A stretch of 64,000 bases of DNA from Vicugna vicugna (Eukaryota): contig MU057822.1 of assembly GCA_013265495.1 (NCBI GenBank), forward strand, positions 417,097 to 481,096, read 5' to 3'. Position numbers and translations under genes: made by a program. Each line of letters begins with the position of its first letter. Position 1 is the first letter of the stretch. Under the pieces are notes generated by a model. The model was not told the origin of the DNA and searched no databases. It saw only the letters and a list, made by a program, of their open reading frames with translations. Of the stretch, positions 1-12,500 are shown piece by piece.

Positions 1-470
1 GCTGCCTCCGTGCAGCCGCCCCCGTCCTCCGCCCGGCTTGTGCAGCCTGGCCCTGCCCGCCGCTGCCGGCCCGCGTCTCAGGCTGGGTGTCGGGGGGACG
101 CTCTGTGCCCGTTTAACTTAGTTCTGTCAGACAAGGGCTGCTCTGTACAGATCCGAGCCTTGGAGGCTCCCCCTCCGTCCCGCTGGCCTCTCAATTGGAG
201 AGGGGAGACCCAGCGAGCAAGCGCCAGTCCTCCTTTGCCGCTCCCTCCCCGCGGGACCCGTCCCGCGCTGCTTTGCCTTTTGTTCTTTCTTTTTTCCTTT
301 TCTCCTACCAGATTTTTGGCGTCTTTATCTTTTGAAGAGGGCGATGATCTGTTGGAGTTCCGCAGGTGCTCTGGTTGGCTGAGTGGGTCTGTAGATGTGG
401 GTCTTGGTGTATTTGTGGGAGAGGGTGACTTACAAGCGTCCTTCTACTCCGCCATCTTGCCCGGAAGTCC
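1..470 (-). mobile_element. LINE-1 5' end / 5'UTR promoter, antisense to ZZEF1, continuing off the left edge of the window
   Basis: The minus strand begins GGACTTCCGGGCAAGATGGCGGAGTAGAAGGACG, the typical mammalian L1 5' terminus with a YY1 site. The tract is CpG-rich and ends sharply against AT-rich DNA at about 471. Confidence 0.8.
450..468 (-). promoter_or_regulatory. YY1 site (CAAGATGGCG) and adjacent ETS-type site (CCGGAAGT) at the L1 5' terminus
   Basis: + strand CGCCATCTTG at 450-459 and CCGGAAGT at 461-468; motif match only. Confidence 0.65.
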
Positions 471-559
471 GAGTTGGTCCTTTTGGTAAATTTTTTTTGT
501 CTTTTTATCCTTAATTGAATCTTAGGTTCTTTGCTAGCTGTCTAATCTCTTCTAACACA

Positions 560-1700
560 AACATTCAATATGTTCAAACACATGAATATTCTGTCGGCTT
601 CATCTTCCCAAAGCCCCGTTTGCCAGAGCCTTTGGAGCTGCTTCAGTCCGGACCTGATGTTCTCTAGGTCTGCTGTGCGGTTGTCGTATTGGAATCAACC
701 TGGGGATTCATTTGCTCTCTTGGTCAGGTCCCGTTCTTTCTCTTCCATGGCATATTCCTTCATTCTGGTGGCCACATCCTCTAGTAGCCTTCTGAATAAA
801 GATGGGTCAAGTAGTTCATTTTTGGAGTGCCTTGCATGTGTAAGAATGCTTCTGTTTCGTTCAAGGTTGATGTATGTTGGCTGAGTATTGACTTCTGGGT
901 TAGAAAGAGTTCCCCCAGAATGCTGAAGGCACTGTTCCCATTGCCTTCTGGCTTCCAGTGTAACTGCTGAATCTTCGTTCTGATTCTTGACCTTTTACAT
1001 GGAAACTGTATTTTCTCCCTGGAGCTGGGAACTTCTCTTTCCTTTCAGTGTTGTGAAATTTCATTATGGTGTACTTTTATCCATCATGTATTCATTCAGC
1101 CTCTTCCACCTCAGAACTCATAGCCTTCAGTTTGGGGAAATTATCTTGAATCATAACAGTTGTGATTTCCTCCCCTCCATTTTTTGTGTTCCTTTTTTCT
1201 GGAACTCATTATTTGGATTTCAGACCTCCAGGACTGGTCTTCTGATTTTTCTTCTCTTTTCTTTCCCAGTTTCCATTATTTTGTCTTTTTGCTGTATTTT
1301 CTGGGCACTTTAGTCAACTTTTATCTTTGAACATATTGAGATTTATCTTCCAAAATCTATTGAGCTTTTCTCTTTTTTTAACATTTTTTATTGATTTATA
1401 ATCATTTTACAATGTTGTGTCAAATTCCAGTGTTCAGCACAATTTTTCAGTCATTCATGGACATATACACACTCGTTGTCACATTTTTTCTCTGTGAGTT
1501 ATCATAACATTTTGTGTATATTTCCCTGTGCTATACAGTGTAATCTTGTTTATCTATTCTACAATTTTGAAATCCCAGTCTATCCCTTTGCTTGAGCTTT
1601 TCATTTTGCTGTGATATTTTAATTTGCAAGAGCTTGTCAAAACTTTCTGAACAGACTTTTTAATAGTAGCATCCTGTTCTTCCGTGATTTGCAGTATTCT
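560..1700 (-). mobile_element. Old HAL1/L1M-like LINE fragment, interrupted by a young L1 tail
   Basis: Pyrimidine-rich degenerate sequence resembling antisense HAL1/L1M (gaaggcactgttcccattgccttctggcttccagtgt; ctggaactc...gacctcc...ttttctggg...caactttt); boundaries approximate. Confidence 0.5.
1371..1591 (-). mobile_element. Young 5'-truncated LINE-1 3' end
   Basis: T-rich tail and TTTATT followed by L1 3'UTR sequence; perfect 11-bp TSD TTGAGCTTTTC at 1360-1370 and 1592-1602. Confidence 0.85.
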
Positions 1701-1949
1701 TTTTTGTTGTCTAGTGGTGCTGGTGGCCACAAAACCTTGAGCACACTAAAACCCACCAATTGTACACTTTACATTGTATGGTATGTGAATTATACCTCAG
1801 TGAAGCTGGTATTAAAATACTTTTAAAGATATTTCTCAGACGATATTAATGATAGACTCCTTTTGAAGGAGGTAACAGGGCAGGTAGAAAGGAGAAGAGG
1901 AATACTTTGTACCGCTCCTGTGCTTTCAGTATATTCGGCTCTGTTCCAG

Positions 1950-2110
1950 CGTTACTTCATCCAGGCAGTGCTCTGTGGGTTTGGTAATATTTGCTCCATC
2001 GCTCAGATCAAGAAGCTGAGGCTTATGGAGGCTAAGAAATGTGTGTAAAGTCAGAAAGCCAGTTGGTGACAGAGCAGGATTCAAGCCAAATCCCGTGCTG
2101 TTCCCGGTTC
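1950..2110 (-). mobile_element. MIR SINE fragment
   Basis: cagatcaagaagctgaggctt...gccagttggtgacagagcaggattcaagcc resembles the antisense MIR core. Confidence 0.55.
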
Positions 2111-2644
2111 CCCAGATGGCCCAACATGGGCTGGGAGCAAATTACATTATGGTTAAAAGTTAGTGAAAACGGGGCTGTGAAGTGGATAAACCCAGTTAGC
2201 TCTGGTGTCCAAAGAGCTTTAAAAGAAAAAGTCCAGCTAAACCTGAGATGCTACTGTAAGCCAATTCTTTCTAATTCTAGCTTTGTATTTGGTACTTTGT
2301 AAACAGTTGAGAAACACTTTTATTCAAGTTGGGTTTATTTACAGTGTTGTGTTCAGCTGAAAATTTTTGCAGTGATTGCTTTCTTTTGAAATATTTTGGG
2401 GAGAGGGAGATTTCTCTGTTAAAAGAGATGAGATGATAAAATTCTGCACGCATGTAGCAATACTTATATACACGCATTCCACAGAGCATTGTAAATTGCT
2501 ATCTGGAATTTATGTGTTCTTTGAATAATATATATGAACTCTTCTCACAACAATAACAACAAAAATCGCTCGTCTTGAGAAGTATCAAAAAAATTATTCA
2601 AGATTTGAAACAGACCTGATTTTCTTGCGTCTCTGGTCTTGTAG

Positions 2645-2789
2645 GCCTTTGCCCAGTTTGATGCAGAGGGTGATGGTACCGTTGATGCTGAGAACATGTT
2701 GGAGGCCCTCAAGAATTCCAGTGGAGCTAATCTTCAGGGGGAGCTGAGCCACATCATCAGACAACTGCAAGCCTGTTCTCTTGTTCCAG
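2645..2789 (+). CDS. ZZEF1: ZZEF1 exon 2 (EF-hand loop DAEGDGTVDAENM)
   Basis: ttgtag|GCCTTT ... CCAG|gtaagg; 145 nt; AFAQFDAEGDGTVDAENMLEALKNSSGANLQGELSHIIRQLQACSLVP. Confidence 0.95.
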
Positions 2790-5700
2790 GTAAGGCTGTC
2801 ATCTGAGTACTGAATTAAACAACGCTCTCTTAGAGCCCAGATGAATTTGCTGTGATGTGGGTTGTAATGAGGCAGGCTTGTGGGCCCCATGAAATAAACA
2901 TGCTTGTCTCATAGTCTTCGTTAAGCTCATGATCTGAATTAGCGTTCAGTGTAATCATCTCTCTTGTTCCCCAAAACAGTGGGGGTTGAGCAGTTCTCCC
3001 GTTCTTAGGAGCCTTTGTCCTGAGACTACCTTCCTTAGTGGATCTCTTTATTTTGCTCTCTCAAGAAGTATTCCCTGGATCCAGGTGTATGTTCTCTGAG
3101 CATCCTGCGTTTGTTTTTTGCTACATACGACCATTGTAATTAATTAGCTGGTTATTACTCACTTGCTTCTAAACATCTGTCTTCACTCTTACCCTGTGAG
3201 CTCCATGGGGGCAAGGGACCTTCTCTTTTATTTCTGCTGTGTCCTCACATTTAGTACAATTTTTGGCACATGGTAGGCACCCACTGATTTTAGGAAGCTG
3301 TCACTCTGAAATTTAAGCAAGAATAAAAATAGCTTAAAATTAAGTATTACTTATTCTACATTGTACCTATGAAAAAGCTTTGTCTATGTTTTGGTATGGT
3401 TTCTTTGGGGAGCTCAGAAACAGTATCAAAATTACCCTCTTTTTTTCTCCTAGTGAAAAAACAGTTGAATTTGAAAGGAAAAAAAAAAAACTTGTGTATC
3501 ATTCTTTTGGTTCAGTTTATCTTATCTGAGAGTTTTTCCTGATCTCTGCACTTGGTGTCATAATACTTGAGCTAGGGCAGCAAGACGGCAGATAGACTTG
3601 ATAAATACATAAATGTAACTCTGATTGTCCTTGACCTCTCTGGCTTCTTGCTGAGGATGTATTGAGCTAGGGAAGGATGGTTTCTCTAGCTTAATAAAGA
3701 ATGCCGATTTCCACCCTTCCTCAAATTGTCTTTAATTATGTAATTTTGTTGTTGTTGTTGTTAATGGAGGTACTGGGGATTGAACCTAGGACCTTGTGTA
3801 TGCTAAGCATATGCTCTACCTGAGCTTTACCCCCCACCCCCTAATTGTGTAATTTTTATAGGCTGCCTGTACATGTTAATTTTTCTCCTGGTCTAATGAC
3901 AGTTAAAATTATGCTTTGAATTATGCTTAGCTAACTTAGGTCTTGGTTACTCCCGCCTCTGTGTTAACCAGCATGCGGCTAGCATGAGGAGCTTTATTTG
4001 GACACCTCAGAGAGATGTTTTGGGAGGAGGGGAAAGGAGTGGAGACCAGAGAATTCACCACTAGGTAATACTTAGTGCACCGTTGCTCTGGGTGATCCTG
4101 CGGAGAGAGACATTTTGTTACAAAAACTGGGGATCCAGATCCCAAGGTGCTTACCCAGCAGGGTCATGACTTAGGACTTTCTGCTCAAATTTTTTAGCAA
4201 CAGCTAACTTAAGAGAGTTGTTTTATTGCAGTCCTCGGGCAAACCTTGGTGAGCTGAGCTCACCTCCCTGGTGGGATCTCAGTTTCCTAGATCCTCTGTC
4301 TAACCCAGACTGCCACTTCCTCCTTTTGTGTCTCACCGCATGGGTGCTGAATGTTTGAAAGAGAGACAGCACCTTTACCGAACTCACTGCTTATGTCGGC
4401 ATATGACAAAAGTTTTCCCATTATAAGAATCAGTCTGTTTTTTCGCACAAGTTCTGGGCCATTCAGTGCAGCATCAGTAGCCCCATCACGTGAGGTTTGG
4501 GTATTACTCTGCGAAGAGAAGAAAAACTGTAAGAGCAGGACAAGGATGGCACAGACTTCTGAGTCTTGGGAAATCTATGCAGCATCTCCTGGTTTTTGTG
4601 TAGGGGCCCAAATCAAAATGGGCTGCTTCAAGTGCGTAATTTCTCTTCATGTTTATCTTAAAAATCAGTGCGAAGTTTCATTCTGCTTTAACGTAACCTG
4701 TTGTTTTACACTTAAGAGCAGTTTCTCCCACGGACTTCTAGAGTCTTGCTCTAGGCGCTGCTTGTGTAGGTGTGTTCGGTTTGTGAAAGTTCATCAAGTG
4801 ATGCGATTATAACATATGTACTTTTTGTTATGTATGTGATGGTTAATTAGAGAGTAAAACAAAACCAAAAACAAATCCTCCCCAAATTTACAAGCATATC
4901 TGAACTCCACGAAAAGCTGCCACGTTTATTCTCTCTTCACTTAACCATCTGGATCATGTGCATCTCAGTTCAAAGCATATTATTGTAGGTTCTGAGGAGC
5001 CACGTAAGGATTTAAAACAGGACAGACATGCCTGTTTAGTGTTTTTGTAAGATTACTCAGGTTAATGTCAGACAAAATGCTGCCAGGGGAGCCCCTTAGG
5101 ATCTCTGGGTGGGTGTATGAACGGGCGGTGTTGAGGCCAGAGCCTGAGCCGTGGCCAGAGGGATGGACAGATGAGGGAGACTCCGGATGAGCCACACTGG
5201 AGAGAAAAGACTGAAATGGGGGAAGGAGCGCTCGGAGGGAGTGCAAGGGGCTGTTTCCAGTCCTACCCCTTTTTTGTTGTCTTGGTGTGTTCCTTGAACC
5301 TCATTTTCCTCAGCTGTAAAACAAGGATACTGGTACACTTGGTGCCTTCCCCACCCCCACCCCCACCACCTTATTGTGAGGACCGAATGAGATGATGTGT
5401 GTGGAAGGACCTTATAAACTGTAAAGTGCCATCAGGAATTGTGGTCAGGGTGATGGTTGTATTATCATTATTGACTTATGTTACTTAGTATAAAAGTTAT
5501 GCCTTTAGTCTCTCATGTGACAAACTTTATTCCTAGCCCATATTCTGTATGGAAAACTTCTAGTTAGTATTTAAATTTATAAATTAAACTTATAAAAGTT
5601 TAAAGCTTAGATTGAAACAGATCATTTTTCTAAGTCTGCTAAAATTCTGTTAAACTAAAATGAAATTAATTTTTAAATTGGGATTACTACTGATTATTTC

Positions 5701-8700
5701 TTAAAAGCTTCCTTAGATTTTTGAATGATTAAAGCTGAAAATATCTATAAAGAGTCTTAATGGCTGCTTTTAATTCAGCCAATTCAGATAGGTTGCCAGG
5801 CAGGGGATGTGGAAACTATTGTGGTGGGTTCCTGAAAATACCAAAAATGGATTTTTTTCTCCTTAGGTTTCATAGACATATTTTCAGAGTCCAAGGAGGG
5901 CCTGGGTGTTCACTCGTCCATGATTCTGCGCTTCCTGCATCGCAATCGGCTCTCCAGCACTGTCATCCCCTACCCCCTGCTGGACCACTGCAATAACATG
6001 TGTACCATGCGGGCTTCTGTTCTGAAGGAGTCTCTGGACCAACTGGTACAAAAAGAAAAGGGTACGTGTGCAGGGGTGGGGGTTCCTGCAAATGCTTGCT
6101 CGTCATGTTTTCCAAATGCAGTATTTATTGAAAGGATGAGCCAACACTTCTCCCTGCTTTTATTTCTGAAAATATAATAGTGATCAGTTTGTAGCATAAG
6201 AATGTGATCTGCCCTCCCTCCCCCTCCCCTTCCTCTCCCCTCCCCCATCCGCCTCCTCCCTCCCCCTCCTCTCTCTTCTCCTCTCCTTCCTCTCCCTCTC
6301 AGTCTCTTCTTAACACAACTGGCTTCTCGTCACTCAGGTCTCTGCTCAGATGTGACTTCAGGGAAGCCTTTCCTCATCACTCTTACCTAATGCCCTCACC
6401 CCCACCATTCTCTGTGTAATGGCCTAAATGGCACTTATTGTCTGAAATTGTAACAGTATTATTTACTTGGTTTTTGTTTGTCTAGTTTGCTTCATTATCC
6501 TTGGTGCCCAGAACTGTGCCTGCCACACAGTAGGTGCTCTGAACAGCTATTTAGTAAATGAAGGAGGGAAACCACTACAGACTCACTCAGCGACCACAAC
6601 AAAAGTTGATAATGTTTGGCAGATCCGTGGAACATAATGGAGTCCAGAAACAGACCCAAGTCCATGTGGGAGTATAGTACTGGATTCAGTTAGCATTACA
6701 CATCAGGAAGGAAATGGGAATTCACCAACGAGTTGAGTTAGGGCGACTGGTTAGCCATTTAGAGAAAAAAATAAAACTAGATTTTTAACTTACTACATTC
6801 ACTGAAATAAATTTCAGATGGATTGAAAAGTTCAACCAGAAAGAAAGCTGTAAGTGTGCAAGAAGAAAGTAGTTCCACTTTATAAAAATCTTGACATAGA
6901 AAAAAACCTTTCTAAGCAGGACGTGTAACTCAGAAATGACAAAAGAAAAGATCAATAAGTTAGACTGCATGCAAATGCAAAGTTTTGTATAGCGAAAAAA
7001 AAATACCATAAGCAGATTCAAAAGACAAGTAACATTTTAGGGAACAAGAGTACATTTTGTAACGTATTGTGACAGACTCAGTTTTTCACTAACTCTGACC
7101 TTGGGCAATTACTTAATTGCTTTAGTTTCCTCATCTCTAAAATGAATTAATACATAGAAAATGTGTAGAAAAGTGCCTGGTTCACAGTAAACAGTCGATA
7201 AATGTTACTTATTATATGGGTATATATACATTACATAGTATGTATAAAATACATAAATTGATATGACTTGTGACCCAGTAAAAAATGGATGAGGGTAGGA
7301 CCAGGCCATATTCAAAAACACAAGTGGTTTATGAACAAGTGTCTTAAAAAAATCTCACTCAAAGAAGTGTAAATTCAAACTGTAAGTCACCATTTTCTTG
7401 GCGTAGTTTTACAAATATACCAATGATTGAAGTGTTGTACTTATAATCAGCTTATGTTTCTCTACGTTGTCATGTTCTCCAATTTGGAAGGAGACTTTAG
7501 GGAGCATTTCTTTTTCTAGGGCCAAAATATCAAGCGTATTTCTGTCAGGTATTTTAAATGACTTTTTTTTTCTTTGTGGAAGAGATATCAATTGATAAAA
7601 TCTGGTTTTTCTTGCAGAAAGCCCTGGAGATCTAACTAGAAGCCCAGAGATGGACAAACTGAAGTCAGTAGCAAAGTGCTACGCTTATATAGAAACATCC
7701 TCCAACCCTGCAGACATTGACAAGATGACAAATGGAGAAACGTCATCCTACTGGCAGTCAGATGGCAGCGCTCGCTCACACTGGATTCGGTGGGTGCTGT
7801 AATACCAGGTTGTTTTTTTTTTAATTAAACTATAGTTGATTTACAGTGTTGTGTTAGTTTCTGGTATACAGCATAGTGATTCACTTATTTTTATATATAT
7901 GCACACACAGACTATGTATATTCTTTTTTATATTCTTTTTCATTATAGGTTATTATAAACTATTGAATACAGTTCTCTGTGCAAATATACCAATTCTTGA
8001 GTGAAAAAGTCCAAGAAAATTATATGCTTTCTTTCTCTTATACGATCAATGTGTTAAAAAATTATTTTTTTAAACTTTAGAATATTTTCTACTTAACTGC
8101 CTAGTATTTTTTCTTCTTATGACTATCTATGAAGGTACTTTAAGAATAAAATAAAAGGAATCATGTAAAATTATGTAACATGGTTCATATTTTCATAAAT
8201 TTGGATAGTTTCTTTACTTGGTCTTTTAAGGGAGAGAATTAGCATTTGACTAATATTTTATGATACTGATTTCAGTTCTTTTTCACTAGTTTCTTAGGAA
8301 AATTAGTATCACAAGGGGCAAATACTTTTCTTATATCTGATATGATTTTACTTTTTAAGATCCTTTCTACACATTTGAAAAATCAGTGTGCAACTAAGTT
8401 GACCAGTTTTAGAGGAGCAAGAGGGAATGGGGTGGTCAGGAATCTTGGAGTGGAATTGATGACAGAAACTGTGATATTTCTAGAAGTTCTGATGCTGCTG
8501 TCTAATATGTCACCTGTCCCTTCAGAGAATGGGCTAATTTCCGTTGGTAGAAGTGGAAATAATTATCTTGTTTTCTCACAGAAGATGAATATGCACTTAA
8601 GCCATCTAATTTACAGATGAGAGAATAGACTCAGTTCTTTGGATGCAGTTTAGAATTTGCTTGTTACCAGGTAAAGGGATTTTGTTAGAATGTTCATATT

Positions 8701-9538
8701 CTACTTCCTGCCTGCATTAGTAGCTTAAAAGGAAATATAAGACTGATCTTGAACTGAAAGGAATTTTAGAAACTCGGGGAGGTCATAAGGGCTTTGAAAC
8801 TAACAGCCAGCATTTCAGGTTAGTTGCTTTAGGAAACTCAGTCTTTGGGTATGTCACAGACAAGATCTTGGCAATGGAACTTGTGGGCCCTGTCAGTTCT
8901 CAGCCTGTATACACATTTGTAGTTTCTGCTCTCCATGTTTTCCAGTTTAAAGATGAAGCCAGATGTTGTGCTTAGGCACCTGTCCATTGCAGTGGCTGCC
9001 ACTGACCAGAGCTACATGCCGCAGCAGGTGACGGTAGCTGTGGGGAGGAGTGCCGGCGATCTTCAGGAAGTCCGTGATGTGCACATTCCCAGCAACGTCA
9101 CCGGCTACGTGACCCTGCTGGAGAATGCCAACATCAGTCAGCTCTGTGAGTTAACCGAGATGCAGCTCGCCCTTCTGACAAACAGGACTGGGAGGGGAGG
9201 AAGGAAGGGATATTTTTTGGCAGGAAGACCTCTCAAGTAGAGAAGCTGCTTGTCTTTCTTTGGAGATCCAATTTGCTTCTCATGATGTACACGAAAGCGG
9301 TCATTATTTCATCTAATCAGTGTTTTTAAAAGTTATAGAAAAGCAGTAAAGCCTTTTCTAATTAAAAATATTTTATTTTTGTTTTCTTATTAGAAAATTA
9401 GAAATGTATAGATAAACAAAAATTACTCAAAATCCTACTACCCAGGGATTGTCACTGTGAATCCATTGGTGTGGATCCTTCCAGACCTTTTCTTCTATTT
9501 GTGTATTTGTGTGTGTGTATAAATGCACACACACTCAC

Positions 9539-9571
<33 letters not shown>

Positions 9572-12500
9572 TTTTTTAAAATAAAAAATAGGTTTGTGTA
9601 TGTATATCTACATATATCTATACATATCATTTTGCAAAAACAGTGCTATTTTGTATGTACTTTTTTGTAACTTTTCAACGTGTTGTCCTATCATATATTC
9701 ATGCACACCTTTATTTAGTGTTGTAAGAATAAGCCATAATTCTAACCAGCCTTTTTTATTCTTGGGCATTTAGGTTGTTTCCATTTTTATACTATTATAT
9801 CCTTGCTTCACACATAGCATTTTGGAAATAATCACAATTCTGTGATTTCTTTCCAGGCTTATTTCATTCAGGGAGCCGGAATGCTTCATGTTTTGTCTCA
9901 TTTCTTCTAATGCTTTCCTGGGCCAAAAGAAGTGTTCTTACTTTGCTCAGAGGAACTGAGGCCTAGGGAGGTAGAGTGTTTGTGTCTCACCCCTAGGCAA
10001 AGAAGTAGTTAAGCTTGTGGAGTAGACGCTTCCTGTCTTACACTATGGTGGTCTTTTCTCTAAGTTGTGTCTTTCTTAACTTCACCTCCTCCTCTCCAAC
10101 CCAAATAAGAAATTGTGACAGCCCTTAACAGTGAGTCATGCCTATGTCATCTGTTTGGACTTGATTATTAGAAAGAAATTCTCAACTGCTATGAGCCAGC
10201 TGCTGTTTTATAACTAATCCAATTTCAGAACTCTAGGAAAAATTCTAGAAATTTTCTTACCATCTATTTAATCAGGGTTTTTAAAATGTACTTTGTGTTA
10301 ATTTTCAAGAATCATAAATTCCTAAGAAACTTTGTGATGTAAAGATTTAAGCCACCCTTAATTTTGCACATTAATATTCTTATGACTCCTTAGATTAGTC
10401 AGTGCTTTTTTTGGACAAGTTTTATTATATACTAGCTCCATTGCACACATCATTTACTTCTGGCATCAAAGCATATTTTCAGAATTTTCTTTTTAAAATG
10501 CAAATTACTATTTTGCTTTTAGTTGGAAGCCTAGCATTTGCGGAACTGAAGAAGTTAATCCAATACTGAATTTGTTGTTTGCGCTTGACAGATGTCCAGA
10601 TTAACATAAAGCGTTGTCTTAGTGATGGATGTGACACTAGAATTCATGGTCTGAGGGCTGTTGGCTTTCAGAGAGTTAAGAAGTCTGGGGTCTCAGTCTC
10701 AGATGCTTCTGCAATATGGTATTGGTCTCTGCTGACATCCCTGGTGACGGCTTCCATGGAGACAAATCCTGCCTTTGTCCAGACGGTGCTGCTCAACACT
10801 CAGTAAGTCACTCTGCTTTCCAAACCTGTCAGGGTGCACTGCCCCTCTAACCCTGAAGGGCGAGTCACTGAGCAGCCTTCAATCATCGAGACTCAGTCAG
10901 CGGCTCATCCCCAGGTGCCCTGTTGTTTCATGTTTGTGCCTTCAGCTCTGGTCTTATGAGGGGGGTCACACTTGCCGTTCATAGTCCTTATCCACTGGGG
11001 AATGCTGGCTCACATTTGCATAGCACTTTATATTGGATGAAGCACCTTCAGATGTTATATATTACTTACCTACTTACATTGCAAAATGTACCTGTTAAAA
11101 TTATGCCCATTTTATACATAGACAAGGATATTGTGGCCTTCTCTGAGGTACAGGGGCAGGCAGTGATGGATTGGTTTGAATATAGGTCTTTGGACTGAGG
11201 CCCTGGGTTGAGGGTTCTTTCCACTAATGAGTGAAATCTTTTCAAGGGCACCAAACTGACTTATTTTTAAGTGTAGAACACCTTTAAAAATTCTCTCTTA
11301 AGAAACTGTTAGGGCAAAAAGACCCAATAGTAACATACAAGGCAAAACAGTCAGCTTCAGGAGTAATGAAGCATTAGTATTGTATGTAAGTTTAATAACT
11401 GATAATAGGCACTATTCGTGTAGGTTATCAAAATATCAGATAAGAGATTGCTCATATTTTGTTCTCTAGATGTCTTTTGAGATTTATTATTGCTATTAAA
11501 TAAAACTTTTAAGCAAATAACGCTGCTGGCAGTGCTGGATCTGAAGGGTAACATTTGGCCAGACTCCTTTCTTCCTGCCTGTTTTAAAACTAAAAACAAA
11601 CAAACAAAAAAAATCAAATTTAGAGAAATATTGCAAGTGCAATGCAAAACAAAACAAAACAAAAACAACCCAGCTTCTTCCTGAACCAACTGAGAATAAT
11701 TTGCCAACCCAATGCCCCATGGTTCCTGAATACTTTGTATGTATTTCCTGCAAATAAAAACATTCTACTACAACCATCAAAATCAGGTAATTATCCACTG
11801 TTACCATCTAATTCTCAGATACCACTCACGTTTTGCAGATTGTCCAGAATCATACTTGGTATTTCATTGTCATGTCTCTGTAGTTTCCTTCAATTCCCCT
11901 ATCTTTCCTTGACTTTCAAAACTTTAACACTTTTGATAATTATACGTCAGTTATTTTGAAAAGTGTCCTTCAATTTTGATTTATCTGAAGTTTCATCATG
12001 ATCAAATTTAGGTTTTGTGTCTTTAGCAGGAATATCGTAGAAGTGATGATGGGTTCTCATGCATCCCATCAGGCAACACACAACTTCAGGTTGTCCTGTC
12101 ACTAGTGCTAGTGATGTTAGCTTTGCCCCCTTAAAGTGTTGTCTGTTAGACTTTTCCACTGTAAAAGAATTCCTTTTGTAATTAAGAAGTATTTTGTGAG
12201 GAGACACTTTGAGACTATGTAAATATCCCATTCCTCATCAGTCTTTATAGTGGTATGGGTCATGATCCCTATTTTATTCACTGGGTTATAGTTCTTCACA
12301 GTGTTGATGCTCAGACTGGCCCAGATTTGGCCGATGGGAACCACTTCAGTCTGGTTCATGTGTCCTTTTGACATGTCCTCATTGTCTTGGAGCACTTCCT
12401 TACTTTCTAAAATGGCAAGATATTCCAGGCTTATCTTAAATGTTTCCTGCCATAGTCCTGGAATCAGCAGCCATTTTTCTAAAGAGTCATGGTTGCTTTT

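Noticed and set aside
1..470. CpG-rich stretch as the ZZEF1 promoter CpG island
   Set aside because: It carries the L1 5' terminal signature and no exon 1 coding sequence. The real promoter lies upstream of the window.
10..489. 159-aa + strand ORF as a gene, ZZEF1 exon 1 or an L1 ORF0 analogue
   Set aside because: It starts at GTG, lies on the opposite strand of a GC-rich L1 5'UTR and does not resemble the ZZEF1 N-terminus. Its candidate donors are phase 2 while exon 2 needs phase 0.
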